The translations under genes were made by a program, and so were the position numbers. Below the pieces are notes generated by a model. It did not search any database and was not told the DNA's origin. It saw nothing but the letters and a program-made list of their open reading frames with translations. From NCBI RefSeq assembly GCF_009914755.1, contig NC_060939.1: a DNA stretch of 64,000 nucleotides; one strand, 5' to 3'. Position 1 is the first letter of the stretch; every line of letters starts with the position of its first letter. The DNA is from the human T2T-CHM13v2.0 reference genome, Homo sapiens. Positions 1 to 17,530 of the stretch are shown piece by piece.

Positions 1-205
1 CTACTAATGCTATCCCTTCCCCCACCCCATAGCAGGCCCTGGTGTGTGATGTTCCCCTTCCTGTGTCCAAGTGTGCTCACTGTTCAATTCCCACCTATGA
101 GTGAGAACATGCAGTGTTTGTTTTTTTGTCCTTCGATAGTTTGCTGAGAACGATGGTTTCAAGCTTCATCCATGTCCCTACAAAAGACGTGAACTCATCA
201 TTTTT

Positions 206-5741
<5,536 letters not shown>

Positions 5742-5808
5742 TATGATGTTAGCTGGTTATTTTACTCATTAATTGATGCAGTTTCTTCCTAGCATTGATG
5801 GTCTTTCT

Positions 5809-6826
5809 TTACAATTTGGCATGATTTTGCAGTGGCTGGTTCCGGTTGTTCCTTTCCACATTTAGTGCTTCCTTCAGGAGCTCTTGTAGGGCAGGAGTGG
5901 TGGTGACAAAATCTCTCATTTGCTTGTCTGTACAGTATTTTATTTCTCCTTTACTTATGAAGCTTAGTTTGGCTGGATATGAAATTCTGGGTTGAAAATT
6001 ATTTTGTTTAAGAATGTTGAATATTGGCCCCCACTCTGTTCTGGCTTGTAGAGTTTCTGCCAAGAGATCCACTGTTAGTCTGATGGGCTTCCCTTTGTGG
6101 GTAACCTGACCTTTCTCTCTGGCTGCCCTTAACATTTTTTCCTTCATTTCAACTTTGGTGAATCTGACAATTATGTGTCTTGGAGTTGCTCTTCTCGAGG
6201 AATATCTTTGTGGCTTTCTCTGTCTTTCCTGAATTTGAATGTTGGCCTGCCTTGCTAGACTGGGGAAGTTCTCCTGGATAATATCCTGCAGAGTGTTTTC
6301 CAACTTGGTTTCATTCTCCCTGTCACTTTCAGGTACACCAATCAGATGTAGATTTGGTCTTTTCACATAGTCCCATGTTTCTTGGAGGCTTTGTTCTTTT
6401 CTTTTTATTCTTTTTTCTCTAAACTTCTCTTCTCACTTCGTTTCATTCATTTGATCTTCAATCACTGATACCCTTTCTTCCAGTTGATCGAATTGGCTAC
6501 TGAACCTTGTGCATTCGTCACATAGTTCTCGTGTCATGGTTTTCAGCTCCATCAGGTCCTTTAAGGACTTCTCTGCATTAGTCAATCTGATTAGCCATTT
6601 GTCTAATCTTTTTTCAAGGTTTTTAACTTCTTTGCCATGGGTTCGAACTTCCTCCTCTAGCTCAGAGAAGTTTGATCATCTGAAGCCTTCTTTTCTCTAC
6701 TTGTCAAAGTCATTCTCTCTCTGTCCAGCTTTGTTTCGTTGCTGGTGAGGAGGTGCATTCCTTTGGAAGAGGAGAGGTGCTCTGATTTTTAGAATTTTCA
6801 GTTTTTCTGCTCTGTTTTTTCCCCAT
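5809..6826 (-). pseudogene. Disrupted L1 ORF1
   Basis: Start MGKKQSRKTENSKNQS at ~6826. RRM/CTD fragment RPNLHLIGVPE...YPAKLSF in ORF 5809..6366. Confidence 0.9.
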
Positions 6827-6954
6827 CTTTGTGGTTTTATCTACCTTTGGTCTTTGATGATAGTGACATACAGATGGGGTTTTGGTGTGGATATCTTTTC
6901 TGTTGGTTAGTTTTCCTTTTAACACTCAGGACCCTCAGCTGCAGGTCTGTTGGA

Positions 6955-7083
6955 GTTTGCTGGAGGTCCACTCCAGACCCTGTTTGCCTGGATATTAGCA
7001 GCAGAGGCTGCAGAACAGCAAATATTGCTGAACAGCAAAAGTTGCTGTCTGATCTTTCCTCTGGAGGTTTTGTCTCAGAAGAG
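6955..7083 (-). promoter_or_regulatory. 129-bp L1 5'UTR segment (ZNF93-bound region) that later L1PA3/PA2/HS elements lost
   Basis: The sequence between GGTCTGTTGGA and TACCCAGCC is present here. From recall, L1HS joins these two directly. Confidence 0.7.
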
Positions 7084-7399
7084 TACCCAGCCGTTTGAGG
7101 TATCAGTCTGCCCCTACTGTTGGGTGCCTGCCAGTTAGGCTACTCAGGGGTCAGGGACCCACTTGAGGAGGCAGTCTGTCTGTTCTTAGATCTCCAGCTG
7201 CATGCTGGGAGAACCACTACTCTTCAAAGCTGTCAGACAGGGACATTTAAATCTGCAGAGGTTTCTGCTGCCTTTTGTTTAGCTATGCCCTGCCCCCAGA
7301 GGTGGAGTCTACAGAGGCAGGCAGGCCTTCTTGAGCTGTGGTGGACTCCACTCAGTTCAAGCTTCCCTGCCGCTTTGTTTACCTACTCAAGCCTCAGCA

Positions 7400-7474
7400 A
7401 TGGTGGGTGCCCCTCCCCGAGCCTCGCTGCTGCCTTGCAGTTTGACCTCAGACTGCTGTGCTAGCCATGAGTGA
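7400..7474 (+). pseudogene. Truncated L1 antisense ORF0 remnant
   Basis: ATG at 7400 reads MVGAPPRASLLPCSLTSDCCASHE* and matches the ORF0 N-terminus (MAGAPPPASLPPCSLISDCCASNQR). The TGA stop sits at the Arg (CGA) codon. Confidence 0.75.
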
Positions 7475-7818
7475 GGCTCCGTGGGCATGGTACCCTCCGA
7501 GCCAGGCACGGGGTATAATCTCCTGGTGTGCTGTTTGCTAAGATTATTGGAAAAGTGCAGTATTAGGGTGAGAGTGACCTGATTTTCCAGGTGTCATCTG
7601 TCACAGCTTTGCTTGGCTATGAAAGGGAATTCCCTGACCCCTTGCACTTCCCGGGTGAGGCAATGCCTCACCCTGCTTTGGCTCATGCTTTGTGCACTGC
7701 ACCCACTGTCCAACAAGCCCCAGTGAGATGAACCCAGTACTTCAGTTGGAAATGCAGAAATCACCCGTCTTCTGCGTCACTCACTCTGGGAGCTGTAGAC
7801 TGGAGCTGTTGCTATTCA

Positions 7819-7827
7819 GCCATCTTG
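7819..7827 (-). promoter_or_regulatory. YY1 core motif of the L1 5'UTR promoter
   Basis: CAAGATGGC a few bases inside the L1 5' end. Confidence 0.7.
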
Positions 7828-9046
7828 GAACCCCTTGGAGCCAAGATTTTAAACCTGGACTACAGCCTGAGAAGAATGGAATGAGAGAAAAGTAAAGGAT
7901 CTGACATGGGTCCTGTTTCATGGGTGAGGAGTGAGACAGGGGGTTGAGCTTTAAGTAGGATGGGTTTTGCTATCCCCAAAACATAGCAGAAAGTAAAACA
8001 AAGCAGGGAAAAACTAAGTCATGCTCTATCTGAATAATACTCCAGAGAAGGTACAAAATTAGTTTAAATTCTCTTGTATTGGGTAAAAATCAAGTGAAGT
8101 TATAGAAAGGGTTCAAAAAAGAATCACAGAAATTATGCCTTTTTAACAAAGCCACTGAAGAAAAATTGTTTGGTATTCATTTGAAATATACAGTACATTT
8201 TTTCCAGGAAAGAAATGTTTTGCATCAAGACCAGGTTCTTACGCTAGCTGTATATATATATAACCATAATGCAGCTGAAATACTACAGGTTTGTAATGAA
8301 ACTAACAGAATACTGGACTCTTAAAATGATCCATATTAGATACAGCAGCAAAATAAACCCCACTAAGATAGAAAAATACATTGCTTTTAGCTAAACTATT
8401 TCCTCAAGAAAATCAATTTTAATAGAAAATTTGCAGGTACTCTGGACTTTGGTAGGAACTTTAAAATTGATATCACCAGTTCAATATTGGTATTTCTGAT
8501 TTCTTTACAAAACAACATACTTTTTCTTGATACAAATATATTGCTAGCATTAGTCTTGTTCATAATAGACATGAATAAGAACACAGACAGGATGAGGTGT
8601 TTTAGTTGAGAGATAACTATATAAGAAGTTGGGAGGGAAAATATAAAGGAGAAAGGAATTAAGAAAATAACTGGGCAACAAAAAGATATAAAATGTTTGC
8701 TGGTGGAAGAATCAGCTCAGTTAGATATGTAAGTGAATCCATCACAGGAGCAAATGGGAATGCTGACTCTACAGATTACCTCTGTGTATGCTTAGTCAAT
8801 TCCTGGGCCTCAGATTTCTCATCTTAAAGCTGGCTCTACAATGCTTGTTTCTATATTAAATAGCCTAATGTATATGGCAATTCCTTGTAACAACCTGCCA
8901 TGATAGTGGACTCCGAATGATATTTGTTGAATCTGAAACTGAATCTCTGCAGCCTTTATAAGGAGAAATAATGGAAGTCATAAAGAAGAAAATTTGGATT
9001 ATTCATTGCTGAAGATAGATTTTTCTGGTGAGTGAAGGAGGGAAGG

Positions 9047-11939
9047 TGTGATGGTTAGTTTTAGGTGTCAACTTGACTGGATTAAGAAATATGCAGATAG
9101 CTGGTAAGGCATTATTTCTAAGCACGTCTGTGGGAGTGCTTCCAGAAGAGATTGGCATTTGAATTAGTAGACTGGGTAAGGAAGATCTGCTTCCACCTGA
9201 TATTGATTGGCTCTCTCCCCACCCGGATCTCATCTAGAATTCCCATGTGTTGTGGGAGGGACCCAGTGGGAGGTGATTGAATCATGGGGGCAGGTCTTTC
9301 CCACGCTGTTCTCATGACAGTTAATATGTCTTATGAGACCTGATGGTTTTATAAGAAGGAGTTTCCCTGCACAAGCTCTCTTTAATTGCCACCATCCATG
9401 TAAGACATGACTTGCTCCTCCTTGCCTTCCGCCATGATTGTGAGGTCTCCCCAGCCATGTGGAACTGTAAATCCATTAAACCTCTTTTTCTTTCCAGTCT
9501 CAGGGTATGACTTTATCAGCAGTATGAAAAGGGACTAATATAGTAAATTGGTACCAGTAGAGTGGGGCACTGCTGTAGATACCTGATATTTGGAAGCAAA
9601 TTTGGAACTTGGTAACAGGCAGGGGTTGGAACAGTTTGAAGGGCTCAGAAGAGGACAGGAAAATGTGGAAAAGTTTGAAACCCCCTGGAGACTTGTTGAA
9701 TGGCTTTGACCAAAATGATATGGACAATGAAATCCAGGCTGAAGTGATCTCAGATGGAGAGGAGGAACTTGTTGGGAACTGGAGCAAAGGTGACTCTTGT
9801 TATGTTTTAGCTAAGAGATTGATGGCATTTTGCCCCTGCCCTAGAGATTTGTGGAACACTGAACTTCAGAGAGATGATTTAGGGTATCTGGCAGAAGAAA
9901 TTTCTAAGCAGCAAAGCATTCAAGAGATTACTTGGGTGCTGTTAAAAGCATTCAGTTTTAAAAGGGAAACAGAGCATAAAAGTTTGGAAAATTTGCAGCC
10001 TGACAATGCGATAGAAAATAAAATCCTATTTTCTGAGGAAAAATTCAAGCTGGCTATAGAAATTTGCATAAGTAACAAGGAGCTGAATATTAATCACCAA
10101 GACAATGGGGGAAAATGTCTCCAGGGCATATCAGAGACCTCTGCAGCAGCCCCTCCCATCACAGGTGCAGAGGTAGTTTAGGAGGAAAAAATGGTTTCAT
10201 GGGCTCAGTACAGGGTCCCTATGCTATGTGCAGTCTTGGGACTTGGTGCCCTGCATTGCACCTACTCCAGCCATGACTAAAAGGGGCCAATGTACAGCTC
10301 GGGCTATTTCTTCAGAGGGTGAAAGCCCCAAGCCTTGGCAGCTTTCACATGGTGTTGAGCCTGTGAGTACACAGAAGTCAAGAATTGAGGTTTGGGATCC
10401 TCTGCCTAGATTTCAAATAATGTACAGAAATGCCTGGATGCCCAGGCAGAAGTTTGCTGCAGGAGCAGGGCCTCATGGAGAACCTCTGCTAGGGCAGTGT
10501 GGAAGAGAAATGTTGGATTGGAGCCCCCACACAGAGTCCCCACTGGGGCACTGCCCAGTGGAACTGTGAGAAGAGGCCCACTGGCCTCCAGCCCCCAGAA
10601 CGATAAATCCACTGACAGCTTGCACTATGCACCTGGAAAAGCCACAGACACTCAATGCCAGCCCACAAAAGCAGCTGGGAGGGAGGCTCTACCCTGTGAA
10701 GCCACAGGGGCAGAGCTCCCCAAGGCCATGGGAGCCCACTTGCATCAGAGTGACCTAGATATGAGACATGGCGTCAAAGGAGATCATTTTGGAGCTTTAA
10801 GATTTGACTGCCCCACTGGATTTTGGACTTGCATGGGGCCTGTAGCCCCTTCATTTTGGCCAATTTCTCTGATTTGAAATGGCCGTATTTACCCAATGCC
10901 TACACCCCTATTTTATCTAGGAAGTAACTAACTTGCTTTTGATTTTACATGCTCATATGCAGAAGGGACTTGCCTTGTATTGGATAAGACTTGGGACTGT
11001 GGACTATTGAGTTAATGCTGAAATGAGTTAAGATTTTGGGGGACTGTTGGGAAGGCATGATTAGTTTTGAAATGTGAGGACATGAGATTTGGGAGGGGCC
11101 AGGGGTGGAATGATATGGTTTGGCTGTCTCACCACCCAAATCTCATCATGAATTCCTATGTGTTGTGAGAGGAACCCAGTGGGAGACAACTGAATCATGG
11201 GGGCAGGTATTTACCATGCTGGTCTCATGATAGTGAATAAGTCTCATGAGACCTGATGGTTTTATAAGGAGTTTCCCTGCACAAACTCTCTTCACCTGCC
11301 GCCCTCCATGTAAGATTGACTTGCTCCTCCTTGCCTTCTGCCATAATTGTCAGGCCACCCCAGCCATGTGGAACTGTAAATCCGTTAAACCTCTCTCTTT
11401 TGTGAATGGCCCAGCCTCAGGTATGTCTTTATCAGCAGGGTGAAAATGGACTAATACACCACCCAACATGGATGAGTGCATCCAATCAGCTAAGGGCTGA
11501 TGTAGAAAAAAAGGCAAAGGAAAGGTGAATTCACTCTTTCTGCTGGAGCTGGGACACTCTTCTTCTCCTGCCCTTGGACCACACAACTACAGGTTCTCTG
11601 GCCTTTGAACTTCACAACTTGCGCCATTCCCCTGCTCCCCATCCTGGATTCTCAGGCCTTCAGCCTCAGACTGAGAATTACACCATTACCTTCTCTGGTT
11701 CTGAGGCATTTAGACTTGGACTAAGCTATGCTACAGCTGCCCTGGTTCTCTAGCTTGAAAATAGCCTATCATGGGACTCCTCAACCTTCATAATGACAAG
11801 AGCAAATCCCCTAATAAATCTCCTATCTGTCATCTATCTGTCTGCCTACCTACTTACCTACCCACCTACCTATCTATCTGTTCATCTATCTATCCACCCA
11901 TCATATTGATTCCATCTCTGGAAAATCCTGACTAATACA
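9047..11939 (+). mobile_element. MLT2 (HERV-L) solo LTR split by a THE1 insertion
   Basis: Starts TGTGATGGTTAGTTTTAGGTGTCAACTTGACTGG, resumes at 11464, has a (CTAT/CTAC)n tract and ends CCTGACTAATACA. Confidence 0.85.
9198..11458 (+). mobile_element. Complete THE1B-like MaLR: 5' LTR 9198-9542, internal 9543-11110, 3' LTR 11111-11458
   Basis: 5-bp TSD CCACC at 9193-9197 and 11459-11463. LTRs TGATA...CTAATACA. Internal start GTAAATTGGTACCAG. Polypurine tract before 11111. Internal ORF remnant 9609..10181. Confidence 0.93.
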
Positions 11940-11989
11940 TCTATCTAAAGATGAAAAGATCAAACAGAGACAAAGCCTAGAAAATGTAG

Positions 11990-12400
11990 CAGAGTCTGGC
12001 TAAATGCTCACCAAACCCATTTTTCTCTTCTTGTTAAGTGCAGATAAACTAAATTTTGTGAACTTCTCTCATATATGAGTGAGACCATGTCAGCAGTTCT
12101 TGCCATAGATAGTGAATGAAAGTGATTTGTCACTTGCAGTTCAGTGACAGAAGTTACATAAGAACCTGCCTTGTCTTTGCACTCCCTTCTTCCCATCTGC
12201 CAGCTAGATGATGTCAGGACAACCCCTAACTGTGTATTGAAGGAGACTACCACATGGGAGGAGCCTGAGTACCTGAATGGTTGCATGGAGAAGAGGCCCA
12301 CTCCCACACTATCTAAATTTGAACTAGGGAGTGAATAGAAAAGAAACCTTCACTGTGTTGATCCATTGAGAACATGAAATTGTAATAGAAGCCAGCATTA
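11990..12400 (+). mobile_element. Old MLT1 (J/K-like) LTR
   Basis: Degenerate MLT1 motifs (GGGAGGAGCCTGAGTACCTGAATG...GAAACCTTCACTGTGTTG...CCATTGAGA). Boundaries approximate. Confidence 0.55.
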
Positions 12401-13201
12401 TTTACAAGTAGAACATAAATGGGGGAAAAGGGGGAATATTATGTAACAACAGCTAAATTTATGTATACTTAGGAAGTGAATGTCCAGATTTAAATAAGAG
12501 ATAAATTACTTGGTAATTCTGTATGTCACCAAAATATTCCCCTTGTATTCCTTTCAGTGGTCAGCTTCTACTGTCCATTTAAAAATATTGCATTTTCAGT
12601 ATGTTTGTGGGTACAGTCATTATAGGAAAAAGGGATCTACCAGCATGCTACCCAAACTGACTGCACTGTAATGGATTCCCAAAGGAGGTGAGATAGCTCT
12701 CCACTGGAGAGGAGTTTATTTTGTAGTCAACAAAGTGCAAGAGTGTATTTTCTGAGATATTTGCTTAGGAGCTCAAAATTTAAACTTGCAACATTGGCTT
12801 AGCCACTTGTTTAAGATAATAAAAGTTGCACCCATTGGAGATATTATATTCAGAATGCCCATTGTGTATATTTTTCTAATTAATTGGACTTTAATTACTT
12901 TGCAGAAAATCTATAAAGAGTCATCAAAGTTTTGAAGATGAGAACAAGCTGGTACATATTCCGTTTACTTTCCATAGAGCTATCTCACCATGAAACCTAA
13001 GAAAAAAAAATAGCCAATTTAATTTTCTTCTGTTGAGGTTTATAAAAGGCCCAACAGAGGCTACTATGTCCAATTTTTAATAGAGATAACTATTTAGAAA
13101 TATAAATGCTGAGAAGGAGGATAGGCTCAGGTATGCTCTGCTAAATCAAGGTGACCCTTCATGTTAGTTTCTTCTAGTACTTTTCTTTGTATATACAAAT
13201 T

Positions 13202-13204
<3 letters not shown>

Positions 13205-13242
<38 letters not shown>
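13205..13242. repeat. (AC)19 microsatellite
   Basis: Read directly. Confidence 0.97.
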
Positions 13243-13245
<3 letters not shown>

Positions 13246-14854
13246 TGCATATCTGCTCATTATTCAGCCCAAGCTAGGTTAAAAAAAAAAATCCAACAAG
13301 AATGTAGTAACATAAAGCTAATTCCTTGATTTTTCTCATTTCCATATTTTTGGGGGGGTACTTTCCTACATTGGAGGGTAAAATACAAAGGATTATACTT
13401 GTAAATGTTTAAGGAAATGTATTTAACCTCAATTACTGAATATATGGTTCGAATATATGGTTCAGTGGGGAAAAGGGTGAAGATACAATGTTAAGACATA
13501 ATCATTTTACTAGAAGGAAATTGTTCACAGTCACCTGGTAAGAGGAACTTATGTACCACTGATGGAAACAGAATGATGGGGAATTGAGTGGTAAGGAAAG
13601 GAATACTGAGTGTGTTCTGGGCTGTATCCTGCCCTTTCCTCTATTATAGTATTGGTGTTAAATGGCGGAGGAGCCACTTTTAAATCTCACCCTAAATATG
13701 TCCAGTGTAGTCAATACGAAAAAAATTATTTTTTGGCATTTGGAGCAGTACAGCAGACTAGATAGGGAGCTAGAAGCTAAATAAAAAGTGAAACCTGAAA
13801 TTAAATACCCCTCGAAATCCATCAGTTCTGTATGGCTGAGATATATCCTTACCTAGAGGGAGATGATTGCCCTTGAGGGCATCTCAAAAAATTCTTTCCA
13901 GCTCTGCACTTTGATGCTCTAAGTTTCTGAGTTGAGAGATAATTGGCTGAATATTTTGTCTTTGACTTGGAATTTCAAATCTTCAACCTTGTCCTGGATG
14001 CGGTTGCAACAATGCTTATTTTCTGACCACGGCTACTGATATCTACACTTCATAATACTGTTAAGTATTTTCTTGTAGCCTGAATTAGTTTAACATTTCT
14101 GACAATGAATTCCCAAGTAATTGCGGTGGCTTCACTCCATGATATGTCTCTCAGGGCACTCTTGGAAATTAAATGTTACTTCTTCTCAACAGTTATTTGC
14201 TTACTTCATCCTCATTTTATTAAATAATCATAAAAAACTTTCAAATTTAAATATGCCTGCTCTGTTATCTGAAAGGTCTGGCAAGACAGGAAGGCTGGAT
14301 GAAACAAAGCCAGCCCTGGTCTCTTTGTTATTTTTCAGTGAATTTTCCATTGGCATTGAGTGCATCCCAAGTCTGGGGCTTTAAGGAGCTTTAAAGCTGT
14401 GTGCTCACTGGGGTCCTGGTTGATTTTCAGCAACTAAAGCTGAAATTGCTGCTGTTTAGAGGTGGCCCAAACATTCTTAACAATGTTTAAAATACCTAAC
14501 CTCATTAGAGCAAAATAATAATCTATTTTTTCTTTTGTTTTTGAATAGTTTTTTTTTTTACAAGACTCCTAAAGATTTATTTTGGTTGAATAAATAAGTA
14601 GGAAGGGTTCCAAGACCCATGCAGGTGATCTTGTGACAATTATTAGACACTTGATCTGGGTCCAGTTGGTTACGAGGCCTTGCCTCTCATTTTAGGCATG
14701 CTGTCTTCTAGAAGACTTACATGAGGTTACCCGACTGAAGAATTTGGAGGGGAGAATATTGTCCTCATTTAAAGAAGTTCACTCAATGAGACATTAGTGA
14801 CTTGTTTAAATTTAACAAAATGGAGTTATGCTGAATTCCCAGCTCAACTATTCC

Positions 14855-15090
14855 AGAGCAGCATGGGGTAGCAGGGAGGTCATGGGCTTTGAACATAGAC
14901 ACACTTGATTTGATTCCAGGAGCTACCCTTTCCTAGCTGTACATCCTTCTACATCTTAGTGATCTCTGAGTGTCAGATCTCTAAAAAGCAAAATAGAGTC
15001 CAACTTATAGGGTTAATATGAATTATCAAAAAATACCTTTAATGTACCTAAACTATAATCAATAATAATAAATGATAGACACTTATTATT
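14855..15090 (+). mobile_element. MIR SINE
   Basis: Degenerate MIR pattern GAGCAGCATGG...GGGCTTTGAA...CTCTGAGTGTCAG...CTTATAGGGTT. Confidence 0.55.
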
Positions 15091-15856
15091 TCTTGTATTA
15101 ATTCCAACACATTGCTTGGTTTAAGGCTGACAGTTGTGATATGAATCATGATATAGCCCAGAAATGTTATTTAGAAAGTCTTAAGTTTTATTTCCTCCCT
15201 TGACCACCCAACATGATAGTTTCTTCATCATCACAATATATATGTCTAATGTTTTCACAAAGAAGGCTGTGTGTATTAGCTAACGCAAAAGAGAAAAATT
15301 GCATTCTTATTTCAATTTTCCCTCTCTTAATTCTATTGCGTGATCTTAGGCAAGTAAGTACAATTTTGCATTTCGTTGAGAGGAAGGGCAGAGGACTTTA
15401 TCTGCTATATCTGTGTAATTATTTCCAAGACACAAGTGAGAGTGACTGCAATATTGTCCCTCAAGTACTTGGCATTCCTTAGAAGAAAACATGATGTAAT
15501 TGGGCTTTAATAACTTGGATGAAAATGTATCCTAGGGCCATAAAATGTTTCTCTACAACATTAGATCTAGGCGAGTTATTATGATTACCTCTTAAGAAGT
15601 GTTCAGATTAACGGATATGTGCTTATAAAGTCCATTACAAAGGCAGAATCAGAAGGAAGAGGTACAGAAGAGTACCCGGATATTTCAATGCATTTTATTC
15701 CTGAACATTTTAAATGGAGAAGTTCTTTTATCACTTGTACTGCCAGGCTCAGTGGGGGAATACCTGAACAAGGAGGCCTGCTCTGAATACTATGTCTATC
15801 TCCCTACTTGCCCTCCATTAGAAGATTGCTTAAAGAAACTCCTTTCTGTAGCCATG

Positions 15857-16356
15857 CTTGATGATTAATGTTAGGTGTCGACTTCACTGAATAGAGGGCT
15901 GCCTAGATGGCTGGTGAAGCATTGTTTCTCGGCGTCTCTCTAAGGGTGTTTTAAGAGAAGATTTTTATGTGAGTTGGTGGACTGAGTGGTGAAGATTGCG
16001 CTCAATGTGAATGGACATGATTCAATCAGCTTGGGGCCCTGATGGAACAAACAGGTGGAAAAGCATCAATTCTCTCTTTCTTCAGGAAAGGGACACTCTT
16101 CTTCTCCTGCCCTTGGACATCAGAAATCCAGGTTCTTCAAGCTTTGAACTCTGAAACCTGCACCTTTAGCCTCCCAGGCCTCTCAAGTCTTTGGTCTTGG
16201 ATTGAGAATTACACCACCAGCTTCTTTAGTTCTCAGGCCTTTGGACTTATTCTAAGCCCTGCTACTGGCTTCTCTGGTTCTCCAGCCTGTGATAATACTT
16301 ATCAGCCTCCATAATCATGGAAGCCAATTCCCCTAATAAATCCCTTATCTTTCTGC

Positions 16357-16389
<33 letters not shown>

Positions 16390-16460
16390 CTGTCTATCTA
16401 TCTACCTATTTTTCTATCTGTCCTATTGGCTCCTTCTCTGGAAAACCCTGACCGAATATA
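15857..16460 (+). mobile_element. MLT2 solo LTR
   Basis: TGATGATTAATGTTAGGTGTCGACTT start, (CTAT)n tract, GAAAACCCTGAC end. Homologous to 9047-11939. Confidence 0.82.
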
Positions 16461-16529
16461 CTATGTGTATAGGTAAGGGCAATGATATGGAAGTCAAACC
16501 AGTTCACCCTTCCAAGCTATGTGATTCAT

Positions 16530-17530
16530 TGCAACATTCATTCAGTAAACACTGAGTGCCTTCTGTGCTAGGAGTTATATATACAACATGATTCTTGACT
16601 TCAGTTGAAAATGGTTTAGTGGAGGGAAACAGATGTGCATAAATAAATCTATTTATCTCCTAAAGCATTTTATGGCTTATTTCCCATAGTTGATTATTCT
16701 TAGCCAATTATAGTAATTTCATCCTTCATTCCCCCACCCCACACCCCTGCTATTGATGAATTCAGGGATAGAGCTTTAAGTCTAAGCTAACTTGAAAACT
16801 AAAACATTAGGAGTAATTTTTAGACACTTATGGGAAAAATGCCCTCATGGGCTAAAGAGGTCATCTAATGCCTTTAAGGTATACTACCTTAGAATGATGT
16901 TAAATTTGCCAACTGCAGAGTAGAGCGTGGGAAGTTTACTGTGTCCTAGGTGATACACATAAGCAGCTGTTTTAAGCAATCTGAAGACTTCTTGCTCTGC
17001 CTGTGGACTTGATGTTATCTGAGCTAATAAATGACTTTATTGCTTAACCAAGTCTGAAATAAATTTTTACTTACTTGCAGCCAGAACCATCCTAGCTGAA
17101 TGCTAGTTTAATTTAATGCTTTCCATATCACGTCATCATGACAGTCCCCTCCAATTCTTGTTTAAAACGCAAACTCTCAAGTAACCCTTAAGGAGAATCT
17201 GACCCACTGATCCACTAGGACTGATATAAGGCCCAGGAATTGGGATTTTTAATAACTGTCCCAGGTGATTTTTATGTTCAGCCATATTTCAGATCATTGT
17301 TCTGACTGCTATAATAGAGACAAGAATTAAGTGCAGGCTTAGCAATGGACTCAGCCTGGAGGAGTTAGAGATGGTCTCTCAGACAAAGGGACATTTGAGC
17401 TGTGCCTTGAAGAATGAGTGGGTGCTTGCTAGGCTGAGAAGAGGTGCAAAGATGTTCCCAACAAAGGAAGTCTCAACAAAATACTTATCTCTCTGGCCTT
17501 TATTATCTCATCTATAAACTGAGGACATTA
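16530..17530. mobile_element. Mosaic of old L2, LTR16/33-like, MER5-like and MIR fragments
   Basis: L2 tail CATTCATTCAGTAAACACTGAG at ~16534, MER5-like CCCAGGTGATT at ~17260, MIR-like core at ~17485. Highly degenerate. Confidence 0.45.

Noticed and set aside
7835-7850. GGAGCCAAGAT as a second, head-to-head L1 5' end
   Set aside because: Better explained as the target site: it ends in TTTT/AA within MIR-like flank. The other TSD copy should lie just upstream of the window.
14205-14268. Minus-strand exon-like segment (ctttcag| ... |gtaagc)
   Set aside because: 64 nt, very AT-rich, with no other support. Likely a chance pseudo-exon.
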